Shown in pieces: positions 35,713 to 41,448 of a stretch of DNA of 41,448 nucleotides. The stretch's first letter is position 1; each line of letters starts with the position of its first letter. A program made the position numbers and the translations under genes. The stretch lies in assembly GCA_964618755.1 (NCBI GenBank), contig CAZUCB010000004.1, forward strand, positions 1-41,448, given 5' to 3'. This stretch comes from an uncultured Bacteroides sp. GTDB taxonomy: Bacteria > Bacteroidota > Bacteroidia > Bacteroidales > JACABE01. The notes under the pieces are model-generated. The model saw only the letters and a program-made list of their open reading frames with translations. It did not search any database and was not told where the DNA came from.

Positions 35713-35901
35713 TCAATTTTTTTAAATAAAGCAAGAAATATTAATATAAAAATTATACTTTTGCAAAGTTATTTGTTATATAGTTTACGTTAACAAAAAT
35801 AATCTTTCAAAATTAATGAAATTTTGTTAATTAGTTTAATATTTAACCATAATATAACACAATTAACTTAAGTGTAACAATATTTGTGTTATTTATAATT
35901 G

Positions 35902-35909
35902 TAATTTTG
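35902..35909 (+). promoter_or_regulatory. -7 promoter box TAATTTTG
   Basis: Matches TAnnTTTG and lies 24 nt upstream of the ATG at 35934. It sits inside the track's longer ORF, which argues for the downstream start. Confidence 0.4.
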
Positions 35910-35933
35910 TATCATAATTTAAATTTTAAAACA

Positions 35934-36254
35934 ATGAAAAAATTAATCGTAACAATTTCTTTGATGACTTTCGTTCTATTTGTTTATACAACAAATGCTA
36001 ATAACGTAAAACAAGACAAAACTAAAGCTGCAGTTACAGTAACTGAAAAAGCAACTAAAGATGGTGCTCATAAATGTTGTGCTGGTGACAAAAAAGCTGA
36101 TGCAAAATGTTGCAAAGGTGACGCAAAAGCTTGCAAAGGTGATGCAAAAGCTTGCAAAGGTGATGCTAAAGCTTGCAAAGGTGATGCTAAAAAAGATGCT
36201 AAATGTGAACCTAAAGCTGGTTGTTCAAAAACTTGCGGTGGTGCAAAAAAATAA
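35934..36254 (+). CDS. small secreted Cys/Lys-rich repeat protein (CKGDAKA heptads)
   Basis: Signal peptide MKKLIVTISLMTFVLFVYTTNA, then a mature part of about 84 aa with 11 Cys: CCAGDKKADAKCCKGDAKACKGDAKACKGDAKACKGDAKKDAKCEPKAGCSKTCGG. Confidence 0.6.
   Translation: MKKLIVTISLMTFVLFVYTTNANNVKQDKTKAAVTVTEKATKDGAHKCCAGDKKADAKCCKGDAKACKGDAKACKGDAKACKGDAKKDAKCEPKAGCSKTCGGAKK
36111..36194 (+). repeat. 4 x 21-bp in-frame tandem repeat (TGCAAAGGTGAYGCWAAAGCT)
   Basis: Units at 36111, 36132, 36153 and 36174, read directly. Units 1-3 differ by one or two silent third-position changes, and unit 4 diverges at its 3' end. Confidence 0.9.
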
Positions 36255-36335
36255 GCAAAATTGTATGGTGTGAAAATAATTTTTCTTTTTTATAAATAAG
36301 AAAATTAGTTTTTATACATAAATTAGTTTTAAGAA

Positions 36336-36364
36336 AAAGCTTCTATAAAATGGGAGCTTTTTTT
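36336..36364 (+). terminator. possible rho-independent terminator after the Cys-rich gene
   Basis: 8-bp stem AAAGCTTC / GGAGCTTT (one G-U pair), a 9-nt loop, then a T-run. Confidence 0.4.
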
Positions 36365-36408
36365 ATTTATTTTTATACCTTTTATATTTACATTTAATAA
36401 AATATGAA

Positions 36409-36416
36409 TATATTTG
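36409..36416 (+). promoter_or_regulatory. -7 promoter box TATATTTG
   Basis: Matches TAnnTTTG and lies 37 nt upstream of the ATG at 36454. Confidence 0.35.
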
Positions 36417-36453
36417 TGAAAAATAGTCTTAATGTATTAAATTCAACAAAAAA

Positions 36454-36849
36454 ATGGAATCATTAACTCTTACTTTAGGGATTAAAGGTGTTAAAGAAAT
36501 TATTGTAAAAGATGAAGACACTGCTGCTCACTATGGATCTGGATTAATTGAAGTATTTGCAACACCAGCAATGATTGGTTTAATGGAAAAAACTGCTCAG
36601 CAAAGCATTCAGCCTTATTTACCTGATGGTTTCATTACTTTGGGTACTGAAGTTAGTATTAAACATCTTAAAGCGACACTAATTGGAATTAAAGTGAAAT
36701 GTGAGTCAAAATTAATTAGGCAAGAAGGGAAAAAGCTTTTTTTTGAAGTAAATGTCTGGGACGAAAATGGACAAATTGGAAGTGGAACTCATGCAAGGTA
36801 TATAGTAGATAATCAAAAATTTATGGAAAAGTTATCACAAACAATATAA
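36454..36849 (+). CDS. hotdog-fold thioesterase family protein
   Basis: 131 aa. HYGSGLIEVFATPAMIGLME, followed by a central helix and beta-sheet pattern and GSGTHARYIV, resembles small predicted thioesterases. This is recognised from memory only. Confidence 0.65.
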   Translation: MESLTLTLGIKGVKEIIVKDEDTAAHYGSGLIEVFATPAMIGLMEKTAQQSIQPYLPDGFITLGTEVSIKHLKATLIGIKVKCESKLIRQEGKKLFFEVNVWDENGQIGSGTHARYIVDNQKFMEKLSQTI

Positions 36850-36854
36850 AAATT

Positions 36855-38021
36855 ATGGCTGAAATTTTTTTAATGGTTGCTAAAACCATGAATGGTTTAG
36901 AAGAAATTCTTGCAAACGAACTAAATGATATAGGTGCAACTGATATTGAAATTTCTAACAGAGCTGTTAGTTTTAAGGGTGATACCAGTACAATGTATAA
37001 AGCTAACTATTGGTGTAGGACAGCATTGCATATTTTAAAACCTATTGCAAATTTCTATATCAGAAGAGAAGAGGATTTATACAAAAAAATTTACGATATT
37101 AAGTGGGAAGAATATTTAGATGAATCTTCTACCTTGGCTGTAGATGCTGTTGTAAATGCCTCCGTTATGAATCATTCACACTATGCTGCTTTAAAAACAA
37201 AGGATGCAATTGTTGATAGATTTAGAGATTTAACAGATCGTCGACCAAGTGTTGATACTGAGAATCCTGATGTAAGAATTAATATTCATCTTTTTAAAAA
37301 CTTATGCAACGTTTCTATTGATAGTTCAGGCTATTCTTTACATAAAAGAGGTTATAGAATAAAAACAGGTGCAGCACCAATCAGCGAAGTATTAGCAGCA
37401 GGAATGATTTTATTAAGTGGATGGGATAAGAAGTGTAATTTTATTGATCCAATGTGTGGTTCTGGAACAATAGTTTGCGAAGCTGCTTTGATAGCAAATA
37501 ATATTCCTCCAGGATACTATAGAAAAACTTTTGGTTTTGAAAAATGGAAAGACTTTGATAAAGAACTTTGGGAAAAAATAAAAACAGATGCTTTGTCAGA
37601 TCAATATGAGTTTGAATATGAAATAGTTGGTTCCGATATTTCTCGTGAAAGTGTCGAAATTGCCATAGAAAATGCAAAATCTGCAAAATTGCATAAAGAT
37701 ATTTCTTTTAAAGTAAGTTCTTTTGAAACGCAAATTCCTCCTGAAGGTGGTGGAGTTATGGTTTGCAACCCACCTTATGGCGAACGAATTGTTCCAGATG
37801 ATATTATTAAATTATACCAAGAAATTGGTAATGGTTTGAAAAAGAACTATAAGGGTTATAATGCATGGATTATTAGTTCTGATATAAATGCATTAAAGTT
37901 TATAGGCTTAAGACCTACTCGGAAAATTGCGCTTTTCAATGGAGCTTTAGATTGTCGTTTTGCAAAATTTGAGATTTATGAAGGGAGCAAAAGGACGCAT
38001 AAATATGAAGATACTGAATAA
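36855..38021 (+). CDS. THUMP-domain class I SAM-dependent RNA methyltransferase (RlmL/UPF0020-like)
   Basis: N-terminal THUMP-like region, SAM motif I DPMCGSGTI and catalytic NPPYGER. Confidence 0.85.
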   Translation: MAEIFLMVAKTMNGLEEILANELNDIGATDIEISNRAVSFKGDTSTMYKANYWCRTALHILKPIANFYIRREEDLYKKIYDIKWEEYLDESSTLAVDAVVNASVMNHSHYAALKTKDAIVDRFRDLTDRRPSVDTENPDVRINIHLFKNLCNVSIDSSGYSLHKRGYRIKTGAAPISEVLAAGMILLSGWDKKCNFIDPMCGSGTIVCEAALIANNIPPGYYRKTFGFEKWKDFDKELWEKIKTDALSDQYEFEYEIVGSDISRESVEIAIENAKSAKLHKDISFKVSSFETQIPPEGGGVMVCNPPYGERIVPDDIIKLYQEIGNGLKKNYKGYNAWIISSDINALKFIGLRPTRKIALFNGALDCRFAKFEIYEGSKRTHKYEDTE

Positions 38022-38024
38022 TTA

Positions 38025-38591
38025 CTACAGAGTTATTAACTCTTCAATAACTTTAGGGAAGTATTTATGTTCTAGTAAATGAATCTTATTTGCTAAGATA
38101 TCTGGAGTATCATTTTCTTCAATTGTACATTTAGCTTGAAAAATAATATTTCCTTCATCGTATTTTTCATTTACATAGTGAATTGTAATACCACTTTCTT
38201 TCTCTTTATTAGCAATCACAACTTCGTGAACCTTTATTCCATACATACCTTTTCCTCCATATTTTGGTAAAAGTGCAGGATGTATATTTATAATTCTACT
38301 TTTAAAAGTATGAATAATTTCTGAAGGAATCAATAACAAAAAACCAGCTAAAATCACCCAATCAATTTGATATTCTTTTAATATATTCAATAATGCATCA
38401 GAATGGACAATTTCATTTTTACTCATGTAAATTGATTTTATACCGAGCTTTTTTGCTCTTTCTCTAACAAAAGCATTTTCTTTGTTATATATAATAAAAG
38501 GGAAACAAATATTTTTATTTGCTGAAAAATATTCAATAATGCGTTGTGCATTACTTCCACTACCTGAGGCTAAGATGGCAATTTTTATCAT
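38025..38591 (-). CDS. purN: phosphoribosylglycinamide formyltransferase
   Basis: IAILASGSGSNAQ, IINIHPALLPKYGG and HYVNEKYDEG. I prefer the ATG at 38591 (MIKIAIL). The track's 9 extra codons are translated from the heptamer-like repeat 38592-38615. Confidence 0.9.
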   Translation of the reverse strand: MIKIAILASGSGSNAQRIIEYFSANKNICFPFIIYNKENAFVRERAKKLGIKSIYMSKNEIVHSDALLNILKEYQIDWVILAGFLLLIPSEIIHTFKSRIINIHPALLPKYGGKGMYGIKVHEVVIANKEKESGITIHYVNEKYDEGNIIFQAKCTIEENDTPDILANKIHLLEHKYFPKVIEELITL

Positions 38592-38833
38592 TTGGTGATT
38601 TGGTAATTTGGCAATCAATATTCACTAATATCTGATAATTGTTTTAAGATTAAACGACAAAGGTAGTTTTTTTTAATATGATAAAACAGAAATTCTACAT
38701 CTCTTAAAAACTATGTAAATTATTGTTTTAAATATATTTAACAATTCTTGTTAGTAAAAAAACATCTTTTTTTTTGTTTATCGGACAATAAATTTGTTAC
38801 TTTGCACCCACGTTTAACCAAAATAGAAAAAAA

Positions 38834-39070
38834 ATGTCTGAAATTTCAACAAAAGTAAAAGCTATCATCATTGATAAGCTTGGCGTTGACGAAAACGAAG
38901 TTACACCTGAAGCAAGTTTCACAAATGATTTAGGTGCTGATTCACTTGACACAGTTGAACTAATCATGGAATTAGAAAAAGAATTTAACATTGCAATTCC
39001 TGATGATCAAGCTGAAAAAATCAATACTGTTGGTGATGCTATTGCATACATAGAAAACAATACTAAATAA
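38834..39070 (+). CDS. acpP: acyl carrier protein
   Basis: [16 protein letters not shown], including the phosphopantetheine Ser. 78 aa. Confidence 0.95.
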   Translation: MSEISTKVKAIIIDKLGVDENEVTPEASFTNDLGADSLDTVELIMELEKEFNIAIPDDQAEKINTVGDAIAYIENNTK

Positions 39071-39083
39071 ATTTCATTTTTAG

Positions 39084-40337
39084 ATGGAGTTAAAAAGAGT
39101 TGTTGTAACAGGTCTTGGATCGCTTACTCCATTAGGTAATACCATTCCTGAATATTGGGATGCATTGCTTAATGGAATAAGTGGTGCCGATTTTATCACC
39201 CATTTCGATGCTTCAAAATTTAAAACACAATTTGCTTGTGAAGTTAAAAATTTTGATGCAAGTAATTTTTTCGACAGAAAAGAAGCTCGAAAGTTTGATT
39301 TATACGCACAATATGGAATCGTTGCATCTAATGAAGCGATTAAAGATTCAGGAATAGACATTGAGAAAATTGATCTCGACCGTGCTGGTGTTATTTGGGC
39401 ATCTGGAATAGGAGGGTTAGGTACTTTTTATAACGAAGTTTCTGACTTTGCTAAAGGTGATGGAACCCCAAGGTTCAATCCATTTTTTATTCCCAAAATG
39501 ATTGCTGATATCTCCGCTGGTCATATTTCCATAATAAATGGATTTAGAGGTCCAAACTTCGCAACAGTTTCTGCTTGTGCTTCTTCGGCTAATGCTTTGG
39601 CTGATGCACTTTTTTATATCCGTTTGGGTAAAGCAGATTTTTTTGTATGTGGTGGTTCGGAAGCTTCTTGTTCACAAGCTGGTGTGGGTGGTTTTAATGC
39701 AATGCAAGCATTATCAACTCGCAATGACGATCCTAAAACAGCATCTCGTCCTTATGATAAAGATAGAGATGGTTTTGTGTTAGGTGAAGGAGGTGCTGCA
39801 CTCATTTTTGAGGAAATGGAGCATGCTTTGGCAAGAGGTGCTAAAATTTATTGTGAAGTAGCTGGTGCAGGCCTTTCAGCTGATGCTTATCACATGACAG
39901 CTCCTCACCCTGAGGGTCGAGGTGCTTATATGTCGATGAAAACTGCATTGGATGATGCTGGTTTAAAAACAGAAGATGTTGATCATATTAATACACATGG
40001 AACTTCTACACCCCTAGGTGATATTGTTGAACCATTGGCTATAGCAAGACTTTTCGGAGAGCATGCTTATAAGATTAATATTAATTCAACCAAATCTATG
40101 ACAGGGCACTTATTAGGCGCAGCTGGTGCAGCAGAAGCAATTGCTGCTGTTTTAGCTGTTAAAAATGATATTGTTCCCCCTACTATCAACCATTTTACAG
40201 ATGATCCTGAAATTGATCCAAAACTAAACTTTACTTTTAACAAAGCAGTTAAACGTACTGTTAATGTTGCATTAAGTAATGCATTTGGTTTTGGTGGTCA
40301 TAATGCATCTCTTGTATTTAAAAAATTCAATCGCTAA
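39084..40337 (+). CDS. fabF: beta-ketoacyl-ACP synthase II
   Basis: Active-site ACASS (Cys), HMTAP and HGTSTPLGD (His-His), and a GFGGHNASLVF tail. Confidence 0.95.
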   Translation: MELKRVVVTGLGSLTPLGNTIPEYWDALLNGISGADFITHFDASKFKTQFACEVKNFDASNFFDRKEARKFDLYAQYGIVASNEAIKDSGIDIEKIDLDRAGVIWASGIGGLGTFYNEVSDFAKGDGTPRFNPFFIPKMIADISAGHISIINGFRGPNFATVSACASSANALADALFYIRLGKADFFVCGGSEASCSQAGVGGFNAMQALSTRNDDPKTASRPYDKDRDGFVLGEGGAALIFEEMEHALARGAKIYCEVAGAGLSADAYHMTAPHPEGRGAYMSMKTALDDAGLKTEDVDHINTHGTSTPLGDIVEPLAIARLFGEHAYKININSTKSMTGHLLGAAGAAEAIAAVLAVKNDIVPPTINHFTDDPEIDPKLNFTFNKAVKRTVNVALSNAFGFGGHNASLVFKKFNR

Positions 40338-40343
40338 AAAGTT

Positions 40344-41075
40344 TTGACATTTTTACCGATATTTAAAGCTTATTTTTCTGCGGACAAGCAATTGTACCAA
40401 TCGATAAAGAATATTCTCGGGTTTTATCCCGGGAATATTTTTGTTTATAAGCTTGCCTTTTTACATAAATCTGCATCTCAAGAAACCCGAAAAGGGATAA
40501 AAATAAGCAATGAAAGGCTTGAGTATTTGGGTGATACTATTTTAAGTACTGTGGTTGCTGATTATCTTTTTAAAAAATACCCATTCAATGATGAAGGTTT
40601 TTTAACTGAACTGCGTTCAAAGATAGTAAGTCGTACCAACTTAAATAAGCTTTCAAAAAAAATGGGACTCAATCATTTAATTCAGCGTGATAATGAGTCA
40701 AATAATCTTTACCGTTCTATTGAAGGTGATACTTTTGAAGCATTGATTGGCGCTATTTATTTAGATAAAGGTTTTAATTTTACCCATCGTGTTATTGTCA
40801 ATCGCATTATTCATGTGCATCTTGATATTGATGAAATAGAGCATAAGCAATGGAACTTTAAAAGTAAACTGATAGATTGGGCACAAAGAGAAAGAAAAAC
40901 TGCTGGATATAATGTTGTAGATGTAATTGGAGGTGGCTATACAAAGCAATACAAAGTTGAGCTAACGATTGATGGCGAACCTATTGCTTGCGGGCAGGAT
41001 TATTCGATTAAAGCGGCTGAACAATTAGCATCTGAAAAAGCTTATATGATATTAACTAATATTCAGGTAGTTTAA
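40344..41075 (+). CDS. rnc: ribonuclease III
   Basis: Signature NERLEYLGDTIL, EALIGAIYLD and a C-terminal dsRBD (KSKLIDWAQ...AAEQLASEKA). It has a TTG start and the exact start is uncertain. Confidence 0.9.
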   Translation: MTFLPIFKAYFSADKQLYQSIKNILGFYPGNIFVYKLAFLHKSASQETRKGIKISNERLEYLGDTILSTVVADYLFKKYPFNDEGFLTELRSKIVSRTNLNKLSKKMGLNHLIQRDNESNNLYRSIEGDTFEALIGAIYLDKGFNFTHRVIVNRIIHVHLDIDEIEHKQWNFKSKLIDWAQRERKTAGYNVVDVIGGGYTKQYKVELTIDGEPIACGQDYSIKAAEQLASEKAYMILTNIQVV

Positions 41076-41107
41076 GCTTATAGGTAATTGTAAATTAATT
41101 TAATAAA

Positions 41108-41144
41108 AGAGGGTGGAATTATTTATTAATTCCACCCTCTTTTT
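41108..41144. terminator. bidirectional rho-independent terminator
   Basis: Perfect 14-bp stem AGAGGGTGGAATTA / TAATTCCACCCTCT with loop TTTAT, flanked by A-run and T-run. It lies between the convergent rnc gene and the T9SS-cargo gene. Confidence 0.75.
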
Positions 41145-41154
41145 AAGTAAAGTT

Positions 41155-41448
41155 TTAATGTATTATTACAAATTTAATATTCTGATTAGGTGTATTATCA
41201 GTAAATAATTTCAGAATATAATTTCCGTTTGGTAAACTATAAAAAGGGAACTCAAAGCTATGATTTCCTGCTGAGAGTTTACCTAATTCATATTCAGCAA
41301 TTTTCTCTCCAAGAATATTAAAAATGCTAAATTTTGACTCTGAAGGTTTAGGGATATAAAAGTCAACAAAACTATTGTTATTAATAGGAACTGGATATAT
41401 ATTCAATATTTTTGTAGTATTTGTATTGTCTTCTAAACTTGATGTTCC
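41155..41448 (-). CDS. C-terminal fragment of a T9SS-secreted protein (Por C-terminal sorting domain); 5' end outside window
   Basis: The frame stays open to the window edge. The terminal ~80 aa (NIYPVPINN...FSIFNILGEKI...LPNGNYILKL) have the typical T9SS type A sorting-domain pattern. Confidence 0.75.
   Translation of the reverse strand, partial: GTSSLEDNTNTTKILNIYPVPINNNSFVDFYIPKPSESKFSIFNILGEKIAEYELGKLSAGNHSFEFPFYSLPNGNYILKLFTDNTPNQNIKFVIIH

Noticed and set aside
35886-35933. The longer start of the Cys-rich peptide ORF (MLFIIVILYHNLNFKT...).
   Set aside because: The extension contains the TAATTTTG -7 box at 35902-35909. The ATG at 35934 gives a canonical MKK signal peptide.
36111-36194. 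Could the 21-bp tandem repeats be a CRISPR array or a phase-variation tract?
   Set aside because: There are no spacers, since the units directly abut, and the units are not palindromic. They are in frame (a multiple of 3) inside a coding sequence. Copy-number change would alter length, not switch the frame.
36061-36273. A 70-aa alternative-frame ORF with AKVMQKL repeats.
   Set aside because: It is the +1-frame reading of the same 21-bp tandem repeats. It has no signal peptide or independent start context. The frame with the signal peptide and regular Cys spacing is preferred.

Overview
This is a low-GC chromosomal segment that reads like an anaerobic Bacteroidota genome. Supporting signs are repeated TAnnTTTG -7 promoter boxes, a T9SS C-terminal sorting domain, DUF4139-like and TlpA-type genes, and purN / acpP-fabF-rnc synteny. 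I support about 40 protein genes. I recognised no rRNA, tRNA, CRISPR array, transposase or integrase. Most of the window (13.3-41.4 kb) is housekeeping: truA, cobB, trpS, hflX, trkAH, trmD, hsp20, mntH, purN, acpP, fabF and rnc.

The unusual part is 1.0-13.1 kb on the minus strand, which holds two head-to-tail [FeFe]-hydrogenase operons.
- Operon 2 (13061->9561) is a compact nuoE-nuoF-hydA trio. Its NuoF-like subunit lacks the extra FeS domains, and its HydA carries a non-canonical L1 motif, TSCSPGW.
- Operon 1 (9346->1046) has ten tightly packed genes. A four-subunit HydD/B/A/C-type enzyme is preceded by a six-gene cassette: two DRTGG proteins, two DHp-less GHKL ATPases, a PHP phosphoesterase and an H-cluster-like FeS protein. 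That FeS protein has degenerate catalytic motifs plus a Cx2Cx4Cx16C cluster. The cassette's signalling logic is, to my knowledge, uncharacterised.
- Both operons have Rex-like operators (TTGT[G/T]AA-N4-ATAACAA) over their promoter regions.

Other points worth a second look:
- an orphan HyfB/NuoL-like antiporter subunit that shares a 14-nt upstream string with the hydrogenase promoter
- a secreted Cys/Lys-rich protein built from 21-bp tandem repeats, next to a two-component system whose kinase has a Cys-rich sensor domain
- strong Shine-Dalgarno sites on a few genes only

Everything here is by-eye motif reading. No searches were run.
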